The notes below the pieces were generated by a model, which did no database searches, was not told where the DNA came from, and saw nothing but the letters and a program-made list of their open reading frames with translations. The translations under genes were made by a program, and so were the position numbers. From NCBI GenBank assembly GCA_049903315.1, contig JBNGBT010000006.1, positions 32,001 to 96,000 on the forward strand: a DNA stretch of 64,000 bases, written 5' to 3'. Below, piece by piece: positions 1-9,281 of the stretch. This DNA comes from Candidatus Cloacimonadota bacterium. Its GTDB lineage: Bacteria; Cloacimonadota; Cloacimonadia; JGIOTU-2. Position 1 is the stretch's first letter; the number at the start of each line of letters is the position of its first letter.

Positions 1-935
1 GTATGTGTATTATATTTGATTTCTAGTGTGCCGCATACTTCCTGTGCAATACCTGTGAGCATATCTTCGACAAGGTTCATAATATCATTATAATCTGCGT
101 ATGCTTCGTACAGTTCGATCTGCGTGAATTCGGGATTGTGTGTTCTATCTATGCCTTCATTACGAAAGTCCTTGCACACTTCATATACCTTTTCAAACCC
201 GCCAATTATCAGACGTTTCAAATAGAGTTCATCCGCAATTCGCAGATATAATTCCATGTCGAGTTTGTTGTGCTGGGTCACAAATGGCTGAGCTGCTGCA
301 CCGCCGTAAATCGGCTGAAGGATCGGGGTCTCCACTTCGATGTATCCCCGGGCATCAAGAAATTCTCTCATCATTTTGATGATCTTGCTGCGCGTTTTGA
401 ACGTGTTTTTCACTTCAGGATTGAGAAGAAGGTCGAGGTAGCGTTTTCGGTAGCGAAGTTCTTTATCGGCAAATTGGTCATATACGATTTTCTCGCCATC
501 CTCGATCTTTTCTTTCACAACAGGGAGGGGGCGGATCGCCTTTGCGAGGAATGTGAATTCTTCTGCATGGATCGAGAGTTCATTTGTCAGAGTATAGAAA
601 ACAAAACCCTTCACGTGTACAAAATCACCTAGATCACACTGTTTAAAAATTTGATATCTTTCCTGTCCCACGTCATCACGTTTAATATATATCTGTATCT
701 TGCCGGTTTCATCTTCGATATGACAGAAGCTTGCTTTGCCCATTTTTCTGAGTGAGCGGATCCTGCCCACAACGTCTACACTGGTTTTATTTTTTATAAA
801 TGATTCGGGATCATCAAAAATATCTTTTATATAATGAGTGCGTTCTGCTTTTGTCGGGAACGGATTTGTCCCCATCTCGAGCAGTCGCCCAAGTTTTTCT
901 TTTCTCGCTTGTATGAGTTGATTTTCATTGTCCAT
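1..935 (-). CDS. lysS: Lysine--tRNA ligase, class II (5' part; runs off window edge)
   Basis: Manual translation from ATG at 935: MDNENQLIQARKEKL...GRIRSLRKMGKASF...RYRKRYLDL...EVETPILQPIYGGAAAQPFVT...LYLRIADELYLKRLIIGGFEKVYE...FRNEGIDRTHNPEFT. Absent from the ORF track because there is no stop in the window. Confidence 0.97.
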   Translation of the reverse strand, partial: MDNENQLIQARKEKLGRLLEMGTNPFPTKAERTHYIKDIFDDPESFIKNKTSVDVVGRIRSLRKMGKASFCHIEDETGKIQIYIKRDDVGQERYQIFKQCDLGDFVHVKGFVFYTLTNELSIHAEEFTFLAKAIRPLPVVKEKIEDGEKIVYDQFADKELRYRKRYLDLLLNPEVKNTFKTRSKIIKMMREFLDARGYIEVETPILQPIYGGAAAQPFVTQHNKLDMELYLRIADELYLKRLIIGGFEKVYEVCKDFRNEGIDRTHNPEFTQIELYEAYADYNDIMNLVEDMLTGIAQEVCGTLEIKYNTH

Positions 936-946
936 GATAACCTCTG

Positions 947-2051
947 TTACTTCAATGTTCTATTTTTTAAAAAAGCATCAATGAATTGGTCAATATTTCC
1001 GTCCATGACCGCCTGAACATTTCCTGTTTGCTCGTCCGTACGGTGGTCTTTGACCATTGAATAGGGCTGGAACACATAGGAGCGTATCTGGTTGCCCCAC
1101 TCGATGCTTTTTTTCTCGTTTTCTATTTTCTTGCGTTCTTTATCCTGCTCTTCTTTATACATTTGATAAAGGCGGGATTTAAGAACTTTCATTGCATTAT
1201 CTTTATTATTGAGCTGCGAACGCTCGGATTGGCATTGTGCTACGATACCTGTGGGAATGTGAGTGATACGAACAGCGCTGCTTACCTTGTTGACATGTTG
1301 ACCACCTGCTCCGCTTGCGCGAAATGTGTCAATTCTTAGATCATTTTCGTTCACTTCAATTTCAATCGTGTCGTCAACTTCCGGATACACAAATACAGAG
1401 GCAAAAGATGTGTGCCGCCGTTTATTTGAATCAAAAGGAGAGATGCGCACAAGCCGATGAATGCCGATTTCTGATTTTAAATATCCATAGGCATATTTGC
1501 CCTTGATCTCCAAAGTTGCAGAACTGATACCGGCTATGTCCCCGGGCTGTTTATCCATGAGTTCTACTTGAAAGTCCTGGTTTTCTGCCCAGCGAACATA
1601 CATACGAAGAAGCATCTCCGCCCAATCATTAGATTCTGTTCCACCTGCTCCAGGATGGATTTCAAGAAGTGCATTTTTTTTGTCGTATGGATCGCTCAGG
1701 ATAAACTGAGTTTCTAATCGGTTGAAGTAATTTTTTGTTTTTGTCAGCTTTCTTTCTGCTTCAGCTTCTAATTCTGTATCCTTTTCTTCCTGTAAAATGG
1801 CAAGAAATGCTTCCAGCTCTTCGAGGGATTGTGTGATATTTTCTGCGGTATCAATATCTTCTTTGAGAGCGCTCAGTTCTTCCGATATTTTCCTTGCATT
1901 TTCCTGGTCATCCCAGAATTCAGGGCTGCTCATTTCCTTTTCGAGTTGAGATATCTTAGCGCTTTTGGTCTCTACGTCAAAGATACCTCCGCAATTCGAG
2001 TATTTTTTCTTTCAGATCTTCTACATCTTTTGCAAATACATTTACATCCAT
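947..2051 (-). CDS. prfB: Peptide chain release factor 2, +1 programmed frameshift
   Basis: GGQ motif (ASGAGGQHVN) and SPF motif in ORF 947..1933. The upstream frame MDVNVFAKDVEDLKEKILELRRYL ends in CTT TGA C (1976-1982) and continues in the +1 frame as DVETKSAKISQLEKEMSSPEFW. Confidence 0.97.
1976..1990 (-). promoter_or_regulatory. prfB frameshift cassette (internal SD GGAGG + CTT TGA C)
   Basis: Minus strand reads CGG AGG TAT CTT TGA C, the canonical RF2 autoregulatory slip site. Confidence 0.95.
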
Positions 2052-2075
2052 ATAAATCCTATATTTATAATTTCC

Positions 2076-3239
2076 TTAATCAATAGCTCTTCCCGGAAGA
2101 ACATAATCCTGGAGCTCCTGATTAAAATAGCGGTCAGTCATTGTCGCGATGAAATCTCGCACTTTTTCTGCATCATTTGTAATTTCAATGTACTGCTCGC
2201 TTTTATGATTGAGAAAGTGATTGAAAATTTTTGAATCGGCATTATTTTCCTTGATGTCTGTCATGTACTTATCAAATAGAATTTTCATGCCGCGCTTAAT
2301 TGTAAATTTTTCTTTTTTTATCCAGGGGTGATTGTAAATCTTCTCGTAATTGAAGCGTTTCAGTTCATACAATGCATCAGAAGTTTCAGTATCAAAGGCA
2401 ACATAGTCTTTATCAAAACTGTTATAAATGACATTTGTGATGAGAGTGCTGACAATTTCATCATTTGTCGTGCCCAGCTTATGTGCCGCATCTCCAGGGA
2501 GTTCGTCTCTTTTAAGAAAACCCATACGGATCGCATCTTCGATATCTTGTCCTATATAGGCAATCGTGTCCGAAATGCGCACAACGCATGCTTCTAAAGT
2601 TGCAGGAGGGCTGGTTGTATCTTCTGTTTTCATCGTGTGGAGAAATTCTTCGAGGTCTTTTTCTGTTTTATCTCTTTTAGGATGAAGTTGTTCATCATGA
2701 ACTTCTCCGTCATGAGACACGATTCCATCTCGAACCTGGAATGTGAGGTTCAGCCCCTTTCCGTGGTTCGTAATATGGTCAACAATAAAAAGACTTTCGA
2801 TATTATGATGAAACCGCCCGATTCCATGTTGTATACAGCACTCATTCAGCATTTCTTCGCCGTCATGACCAAAAGGAGGATGCCCAAGGTCATGCCCGAG
2901 CGCGATCGCTTCTATCAGATCGACATTGAGATGTAGCATTTTTCCGATGCTCCGGGAAACCTGAGAGACATAGGTCGTATGCAGACTGCGGTTAGACATC
3001 TCTTCATCAAAGAGATTGGAAAAGTACACAACTTGTGTTTTTCCTTGATACCTGCGATACGCACCAGTATGGATTATGCGATCCCGATCAATAGCAAAGG
3101 GACCGCGAAGACGTTTCTCATGTTCAAAAACCTGCCTGTATGCTTCAGAGCTCTTCGTTGCTAATCTGGAAAGATGCTCTTCTTCATGAAGACAGGTTTC
3201 TTTAAAAAGCTTATCTAAGACATGTTCCTTATTATGCAT
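2076..3239 (-). CDS. dgt: dGTP triphosphohydrolase-like HD-domain protein
   Basis: R-x-x-F-x-x-DRDRIIH, RRYQGKTQV, RSLHT, GHDLGHPPFGHDGE and SDTIAY..DIED motifs. Confidence 0.88.
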   Translation of the reverse strand: MHNKEHVLDKLFKETCLHEEEHLSRLATKSSEAYRQVFEHEKRLRGPFAIDRDRIIHTGAYRRYQGKTQVVYFSNLFDEEMSNRSLHTTYVSQVSRSIGKMLHLNVDLIEAIALGHDLGHPPFGHDGEEMLNECCIQHGIGRFHHNIESLFIVDHITNHGKGLNLTFQVRDGIVSHDGEVHDEQLHPKRDKTEKDLEEFLHTMKTEDTTSPPATLEACVVRISDTIAYIGQDIEDAIRMGFLKRDELPGDAAHKLGTTNDEIVSTLITNVIYNSFDKDYVAFDTETSDALYELKRFNYEKIYNHPWIKKEKFTIKRGMKILFDKYMTDIKENNADSKIFNHFLNHKSEQYIEITNDAEKVRDFIATMTDRYFNQELQDYVLPGRAID

Positions 3240-3253
3240 ATGTGTTATTGCAA

Positions 3254-3460
3254 TTACGTTTCTTGCGTCCTTCGCACGTTTGTTGCCTGAACTCCTTTTT
3301 CGGTTTCAGCTGCTTCAAATTCAACTTCTTCATTTTCTGCCAAGGTTCTGTAACCATTACTTTCAATAGAACGCCAATGAACAAAATATTCCTTGCCGTC
3401 ATCGCCCGTAATGAAGCCGTATCCCTTGTTTTTACTAAACCATTTAGTTTTTCCTTTCAT
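3254..3460 (-). CDS. Cold-shock domain protein
   Basis: [22 protein letters not shown]1/RNP2 motifs, 68 aa. Confidence 0.93.
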   Translation of the reverse strand: MKGKTKWFSKNKGYGFITGDDGKEYFVHWRSIESNGYRTLAENEEVEFEAAETEKGVQATNVRRTQET

Positions 3461-3911
3461 CTGGTCTCCTTATATCATTTTCAGACATAACACGTATGCC
3501 ATTGGATTTTAGTATTTTAGCAGTCACCCCCATGCCTTTTGTCAATTTTTCTTTTAAATAAATGTGATGAGTACCGCATGAGGGGCTGTTTTCTTTGAGG
3601 ATCGCTGATTTTATATTAAGCAGGTGACAAATTTTCAGGGTATCTTCAGCACCTTTTCGAAAATTTGAAGAGACATTCTCGTTCTGATCGTTTTTGAGAT
3701 TATCAATTCCATCGAGTGTCTGAGATCCGTCTCCTTTAATAAAGAAAGAGGGGGGGCGAGGTGTTTGTAGTCCGCCCAGTTGTTCCGGGCATACTGGAAT
3801 GAGAATATATTTTTTTCTCAATTCCAAAACAGATTGCTCAGTGTTGTTACATCCATTATAACAACAACGAAGTCCAAGAAGACATGCACTGACAAGTATC
3901 AATTCTTTCAC
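3444..3911 (-). CDS. DUF523 family (2-thiouracil desulfurase-like) protein
   Basis: [34 protein letters not shown] and G.GVTA motifs. Start re-set to GTG at 3911 because the longer ORF overlaps the divergent yigZ gene. Confidence 0.85.
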   Translation of the reverse strand: MKELILVSACLLGLRCCYNGCNNTEQSVLELRKKYILIPVCPEQLGGLQTPRPPSFFIKGDGSQTLDGIDNLKNDQNENVSSNFRKGAEDTLKICHLLNIKSAILKENSPSCGTHHIYLKEKLTKGMGVTAKILKSNGIRVMSENDIRRPDERKN

Positions 3912-3983
3912 GGTTATAGCCGACCCTTCTGGCAAAATAATGTCAACAAATATTGACAAAACCTGAGTGGAATCCATCAAAAA

Positions 3984-4562
3984 ATGATGATAGAACAGTA
4001 TAAAACCATAAAGAATTCCCGATGGATTAAGTTGAATATCAAACATTCAAAATTCCATAGCAGAATTTATCCTGTCACCTCTTTGGATAACGTGAATACT
4101 ATTATCAAGCACGTTGAAGATGAATTCAGAAAACCCACACATATTGTGTATGCCTACAGATTAATAGAGGAAGATTCTATAAGAGAATATGCAACTGATG
4201 CAGGAGAGCCGACACATTCTTCCGGACCTCCTATCCTGAAGGTGCTGGCAGGAGAAGAGTTGCTGAATGTTCTGCTTGTTGTCGTCCGCTTCTTTGGTGG
4301 GACCAAACTTGGAATTGGAGGATTAATAAAAGCATATACCGAGGTAGCCCAGAAGGCAGTAGCGGAATCCCGAATAGTAACAAAAACGAATAAAAAGATA
4401 ATATTTATTGAAACGAATTACAAAGAACTCGGTGAAATGTTATACAAAATCGATCAAACGAAGGGGAAGGTCATTGAGATAATTCAGGATGAAAAAGTGA
4501 AGATCAAAGCTCTTATCCCGATTTCCTTTTGCACAAGATTTGAAAACAAGGAATTGGATTAA
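3984..4562 (+). CDS. YigZ/IMPACT family protein
   Basis: IKHSKF, TH..YAYR, DAGEP, VVRFFGGTKLGIGGLIKAY motifs. Confidence 0.9.
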   Translation: MMIEQYKTIKNSRWIKLNIKHSKFHSRIYPVTSLDNVNTIIKHVEDEFRKPTHIVYAYRLIEEDSIREYATDAGEPTHSSGPPILKVLAGEELLNVLLVVVRFFGGTKLGIGGLIKAYTEVAQKAVAESRIVTKTNKKIIFIETNYKELGEMLYKIDQTKGKVIEIIQDEKVKIKALIPISFCTRFENKELD

Positions 4563-4619
4563 AAACTTGACTGAACAGAGCGATGAAATTCATTTAAACA
4601 AAATTTTTAGGAGATTATA

Positions 4620-4979
4620 ATGCTCAGAAATAGCAAGGGATTCTCAATTTATACAGTGATAAGCATTATAGCAGTTATTGCTCTGGCGATCATATTACTT
4701 GTGCCGCAGTTCTATAATGTGAAAGCACAGGAAAAAACAGACCAGTGCATCGAGAACATGAAAAAAATACGGGATGCGGTTGATGATTATATGTTTGAGA
4801 GAAAGCAATCATTCTCTGGAGATCTTGTAGAACTGGTTCGTACCGGTTATCTGCGCCATGCGTATGAGTGTCCTGAAAATGGGAATGGTGATAAATATAT
4901 TGCGACAGGTAATTTTGAAACCGGAGAGATTACAGTTATTTGTCCAAACGAAGCTGAATTCCCGGACCATAAATTGTAA
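4620..4979 (+). CDS. Type IV pilin/pseudopilin-like protein
   Basis: Class III signal-like N-terminus MLRNSKG|FSIYTVISIIAVIALAIILLVP and Cys-containing C-terminal head (ECP...ICP); SD AGGAG upstream. Confidence 0.65.
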   Translation: MLRNSKGFSIYTVISIIAVIALAIILLVPQFYNVKAQEKTDQCIENMKKIRDAVDDYMFERKQSFSGDLVELVRTGYLRHAYECPENGNGDKYIATGNFETGEITVICPNEAEFPDHKL

Positions 4980-5008
4980 AAAATAAATACTTTATTTTAG
5001 AGAAAAAC

Positions 5009-5039
5009 AAAAGGGCGAAATTTCATTCGCCCTATTTTT
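5009..5039. terminator. Bidirectional intrinsic terminator
   Basis: AGGGCGAA-atttca-TTCGCCCT hairpin flanked by A/T tracts, between convergent genes. Confidence 0.8.
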
Positions 5040-5056
5040 GTATAATGATATTCTAA

Positions 5057-6850
5057 TTATATTCGGAAAAACTTACTGCGCCAATCTTTTACTTTTGCAT
5101 CTTCCTTTATTTTATTGAACCACTGATTATAATTTTGATTGAAGAGTTGATTCTCAACCTGGATTCTCTGGGCATCCTTTTTTTCTTCAAACTTCGTCAT
5201 ATCAGGAGCTTGAAACTCAAGGATCTTGGCAATAAAGAAAGCCTTATTTCCTCTTATGACACCTGTGATTGATCCGGGAGTTTTTAATTCGATCATTTCC
5301 TGAACAAATTTTGCTTCACGACCCACATCCGGGATGGTGCTTGTTTCTGAGATAAGATCAGTAGTTACAAGTTTTAAATCGTTTTCTTTTACCACCTGGT
5401 CAAAATTTTCTGCAGTGAGGACTGGAGCAATTGCATCGGCTTCTTTCTTCTTCATCTTCATCTTTTTTTGCAGCGCAAGTTTATCATAGATTTCTTTTTT
5501 CACATCTTCAAGAGGTTTGAAATGATTTCCAATTTCATATGAAATCTGTGCGATGTAGTAGTCACCCTGGTCGCTGCGATAGGGAGGTGCGATGTCTCCA
5601 ATTTCATTTTTAAAAGCAAAATCAATAAGCATCTGTACTCTGCCTATTCCCTGAATGTAACCTGCAATTGCTGTAAAAGGTTGTGTTTCTTGTATTTCCA
5701 ATGCATGATCTGCTGCAACTACTGCAAAACTATCAATCAGAGCACTTTCATAAAAATTCTGAGCGATCGTTTCAAGGTCTCTGCGCGCATCTGCACCGGG
5801 TTCGACTTTTACAAGGATATGGCTCGCCTTCATCTCTTCAACACCATTCTCATTTGTTCTAATATCTGTGGCTTTAATGACATGCCAGCCGAATTGAGTT
5901 TTTACAGGTTTGCTGATTTCATTGAGTTTTAGGGCAAAGGCAGCATCTTCGAACTCTTTCACCATTTTCCCTTTTTGGAAATAACCAAGGTCTCCACCCT
6001 GAGGGGCAGAAGGACCTTCTGAATATTCTTGTGCGAGTGTGGCAAAGTCATCACCGGAAATCGCATACTCATATATCTTATTGATCTTGTCTTCAGCAGT
6101 TTTTGTGTCTTCGGGACTGGGTTCTAAAGGAATTGTCACATAGTGAAATTTACGTTGAGGGCTCTCGTTATAATTTTCAATATTTTTATTATAATATTCT
6201 GCAACCTCTTCATCGGAGACATACACGGAATCGATCTGATCCGCTCCAAATACAATGATGTCGGCTTTGACTTTTGTCTCTTTTTTTATGAAATCTTCCA
6301 TAACCATCTGTTCGGTTATGATGACATCCGCATTCACAAAACTTCTGAGCTTATCATACTGCAGGAGCTGCTCGTAGTAGTTGGAGAGCCAGTTCCAGTC
6401 AATCTGAGGATTCTGCAACGCCTGTAAATATTTGCTCTTATCAAATTGCCCTTCAGTCTGAAAAGCTTCGTAGGAGGTGATCATTTCAGGCGGTTCATTG
6501 ATCATCTTAGTAGCTACTTCTTTTGGAGATACCTGAATATCAAATTTGCTTATCTGCTTTTCAAGAATGATCCTCTGAACGAGCTGATCCCATGTTTGGT
6601 CATTTAATCTGCGATACATAGCATCGTCGATCTCTTTGCCTTGATTGGCAGGATCCTGCATGTAATTTGTATAGGTGTTTTGTAATAATTTATAATATTC
6701 ATCATATTTTATTTTCTCACCTGCGATTTGCCCCACATAGGGCTTTTCCTGGAAAACGCTGCTGATACCCATTGTTGCCATACCGCCGATGAATACGATC
6801 GCAACGACCCAGATAACAGGACGAGAAATACCACGCATTTTATCTAACAT
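5057..6850 (-). CDS. PpiD/SurA-like periplasmic chaperone, parvulin PPIase
   Basis: N-terminal membrane anchor, SurA-N-like region, rotamase motif FATLAQEYSEGPSAPQGGDLGYF...VKEFEDAAF...PVKTQFGWHVIK. Confidence 0.88.
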   Translation of the reverse strand: MLDKMRGISRPVIWVVAIVFIGGMATMGISSVFQEKPYVGQIAGEKIKYDEYYKLLQNTYTNYMQDPANQGKEIDDAMYRRLNDQTWDQLVQRIILEKQISKFDIQVSPKEVATKMINEPPEMITSYEAFQTEGQFDKSKYLQALQNPQIDWNWLSNYYEQLLQYDKLRSFVNADVIITEQMVMEDFIKKETKVKADIIVFGADQIDSVYVSDEEVAEYYNKNIENYNESPQRKFHYVTIPLEPSPEDTKTAEDKINKIYEYAISGDDFATLAQEYSEGPSAPQGGDLGYFQKGKMVKEFEDAAFALKLNEISKPVKTQFGWHVIKATDIRTNENGVEEMKASHILVKVEPGADARRDLETIAQNFYESALIDSFAVVAADHALEIQETQPFTAIAGYIQGIGRVQMLIDFAFKNEIGDIAPPYRSDQGDYYIAQISYEIGNHFKPLEDVKKEIYDKLALQKKMKMKKKEADAIAPVLTAENFDQVVKENDLKLVTTDLISETSTIPDVGREAKFVQEMIELKTPGSITGVIRGNKAFFIAKILEFQAPDMTKFEEKKDAQRIQVENQLFNQNYNQWFNKIKEDAKVKDWRSKFFRI

Positions 6851-6987
6851 TCTGATAAACTCCTTAAAGTATATATTAGTGGATAAAATTTTTGGGGCAG
6901 TAAAATTAATGCAAGTTTTTTAACTAATGAGTTTTAAGGGATTAATTTTATTGACACAAACACGATGCATACATCAAACAAAACTCC

Positions 6988-7323
6988 ATGAGTACTGATA
7001 ATGAAATTTTATACCGAATTTTTAAGGATGATGCAGAACGCTCCGGCATGGACATGAAGGACTTCTATCATAAAAGAAGAAATGGCTTATACCCTTTCCG
7101 CACTCCCGAAGGCGAGGTTGTATGGTTGAAAAAAGGTCAATTCCGCATCATGTCTGTCATCAAGCGCACTCATGCCAAACACTCACGGAAAAGTAATGGT
7201 AAAGATAATGAAGGAAAGTCATTTTTTACGCCGGAAATGGTAAGAGCTTTTATCGTAACGGGAAGCGGGATTGTCATTCTCTTCTTTATCGTAAAACTTA
7301 TACAGGTGCTACATATTTTCTAA
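6988..7323 (+). CDS. Hypothetical protein with C-terminal transmembrane helix
   Basis: 111-aa ORF filling the gap, TTGACA at 6951 upstream, hydrophobic C-terminus; 15-nt convergent overlap with the next gene. Confidence 0.6.
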   Translation: MSTDNEILYRIFKDDAERSGMDMKDFYHKRRNGLYPFRTPEGEVVWLKKGQFRIMSVIKRTHAKHSRKSNGKDNEGKSFFTPEMVRAFIVTGSGIVILFFIVKLIQVLHIF

Positions 7324-7917
7324 CGCTTGTTGTAACTCTTTCTTTTTCTCTGGAATTTCATCTTTTGTTCGTACGAAAATTGGTTTTCCGTATATCATCT
7401 TAACAGGGGAGAAGGGTTTAGGGATCATAAAATTATCCCAGCTATTCAATTGCCACTTTGATTTCATAATAAAGATTCCGGGAATTATCGGCTTGCCGGT
7501 CTTATAAGCAATGAGAAGTGCACCGTCTTTTACGATTTCTTTCGGACCGGTCGGACCATCGGGCGTGATTGCAATATCATATTCTTTTGAGACAGCAACT
7601 GCTTCTTTGAGCGCTTTAATTCCTCCACGACGCGATGAGCCGCGGATAGTGCCGAATCCTAAACCAGTAATGACCCGAGCAATATATTCACCATCCTGAT
7701 GCTGAGAAATAAGCACGTGAACATGCTGGTTTATATGCGTGTATGCCGGGATGAGCATCCTGTTATGCCAAAAAGCATAAATGACCTTTCCGTGTGACTT
7801 TCTTGCAGATACAAGATTATCTTGATCGTATACCTTGATGCGCAGCGTACCTATAAGAAGTTTTATAAGTGACGGACCAAATGTATCAACCAGACTGAGA
7901 AGTTTATTTCGTTTCAT
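7309..7917 (-). CDS. DUF374 / lysophospholipid acyltransferase family (LpxJ-like)
   Basis: YAFWHNR, LISQHQDGE, RGSSRRGG, ITPDGPTGP, SWD.F.IPKPFS motifs; coupled to lpxB. Confidence 0.88.
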   Translation of the reverse strand: MKRNKLLSLVDTFGPSLIKLLIGTLRIKVYDQDNLVSARKSHGKVIYAFWHNRMLIPAYTHINQHVHVLISQHQDGEYIARVITGLGFGTIRGSSRRGGIKALKEAVAVSKEYDIAITPDGPTGPKEIVKDGALLIAYKTGKPIIPGIFIMKSKWQLNSWDNFMIPKPFSPVKMIYGKPIFVRTKDEIPEKKKELQQALENM

Positions 7918-9043
7918 AAATCATTGAGAGTGCAATGGATGCAACTTTTTCGGACGTGTTAAATGTTCCCAGTTTTTCTTTTATAATGCCGAGTTCGCTT
8001 TTTGTATTCTCATAGTATTTCACATCTTCAAGAAAGAGACGGACTGCTTTTGTGATGTTTTCGGCAGAAGCATCATGTTGAATGAGTTCGGGCACCACTT
8101 TTTTGCCGATCACAATATTTGCCAGAGCGATCATCTTTATCTTGATAAATGCTCGTGCTATCAGATATGAAAGGTGTGATGTTATATATACAACGACCAT
8201 AGGCGTTGCGAGATAAGCTGTTTCCAAAGTGGAAGTTCCAGATTTGCATACGACGATCTTGCTGAATTTCATAAGCGCGTGAGTATCACGAATAATCGTC
8301 ATATCATTTTTTACAGGAGAGATTGTTTTGTTAAACAATTGATCGGACACTGAATCTGCTTGAGAGATGAGAAATTCATAAGTATCTTTATAAAGATTTT
8401 TAAGGTTCATGACTGTATCAACAATTTCAGGAAGAATTCTTTTTATTTCGACATTTCTGCTTCCGGGTATGAATCCGATCCATTCTTTGTCTGTTTTTAA
8501 GGAATATTGCTCAGCAAATTCTTTTCTTGTTTGAGATATCATGATCTCTTCACTTATTGGATGACCCACATATTCGACATCAGCACCAATTTCTTCATAG
8601 AGGTCTTTTTCAAATGGAAATATCACCGCGATCTTATCAGAGTATTCAGCAATTTTATGAATACGTTTCTTTTTCCACGCCCACACCTGCGGGCTGATAT
8701 AATACAGTACGGGTATGCCAAGTGTGTGGCATATCTTTGCCACGCGGATATTCATGCCGGGATAATCAACAAGAATTGCCAGGTCGGGTTTTCGCGCTTT
8801 GAATTCTGATTTAAGTGTGTGAAATACTTTCATAATAAATCCGAGATGTCCGATTACTTCGGCAAAACCTATTATGGAAAATTTTGAAAACGGAAATATG
8901 GATTCAAATCCCTTTTCTTGCATCAACGGACCGCCGATACCCCACATAGTAAGATCAGGCTCTTTTTGTTTGAGCTGTTTTATTACTTCAGCAGCATGGA
9001 CATCTGCGGAAGGCTCACCAACCAGCATGAAAATATTTTTCAT
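7904..9043 (-). CDS. lpxB: Lipid-A-disaccharide synthase
   Basis: GEPSAD.H, GIGGP.M, VDYPGMN, YYISPQVWAW, YVGHP, PGSR..EI and SGT.TLE motifs. Confidence 0.96.
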   Translation of the reverse strand: MKNIFMLVGEPSADVHAAEVIKQLKQKEPDLTMWGIGGPLMQEKGFESIFPFSKFSIIGFAEVIGHLGFIMKVFHTLKSEFKARKPDLAILVDYPGMNIRVAKICHTLGIPVLYYISPQVWAWKKKRIHKIAEYSDKIAVIFPFEKDLYEEIGADVEYVGHPISEEIMISQTRKEFAEQYSLKTDKEWIGFIPGSRNVEIKRILPEIVDTVMNLKNLYKDTYEFLISQADSVSDQLFNKTISPVKNDMTIIRDTHALMKFSKIVVCKSGTSTLETAYLATPMVVVYITSHLSYLIARAFIKIKMIALANIVIGKKVVPELIQHDASAENITKAVRLFLEDVKYYENTKSELGIIKEKLGTFNTSEKVASIALSMIYETK

Positions 9044-9165
9044 AGAAGCAAGACAATAGCGTGACTTTAATCGTCAAGAAAAAGAAAAGGAATAATGCAT
9101 GATTACTTTCCGGAGCACAAAAACTTGACGGTCAAAATATGCCCAAAATAAGTAGCACCATAAAT

Positions 9166-9270
9166 GGAACTGCGAGTTCCTACCTTATGACGCCACGGCT
9201 GTTGATAAGGTGAAAAAAATAATTTCAATAAATATTGAAAGTGAACCGCAGTCGTTCACTTTTTTTATTT
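9166..9270 (+). promoter_or_regulatory. L20-leader-like ribosomal protein attenuator upstream of infC-rpmI-rplT
   Basis: Hairpin GGAAC-TGCGA-GTTCC (9166-9180); adjacent hairpin ACCTTAT-GAC...GTTG-ATAAGGT; terminator AAAGTGAAC-CGCAGTC-GTTCACTTT plus U tract (9238-9266); alternative pairing of 9169-9181 with 9240-9252. Confidence 0.72.
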
Positions 9271-9281
9271 GGAGGTGTCAG

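Noticed and set aside
140..632. Plus-strand ORFs at the window start
   Set aside because: Antisense shadows of lysS.
9210..9281. N-terminal extension of IF3 from GTG 9210
   Set aside because: It runs through the leader hairpin and terminator; the SD lies downstream at 9271.
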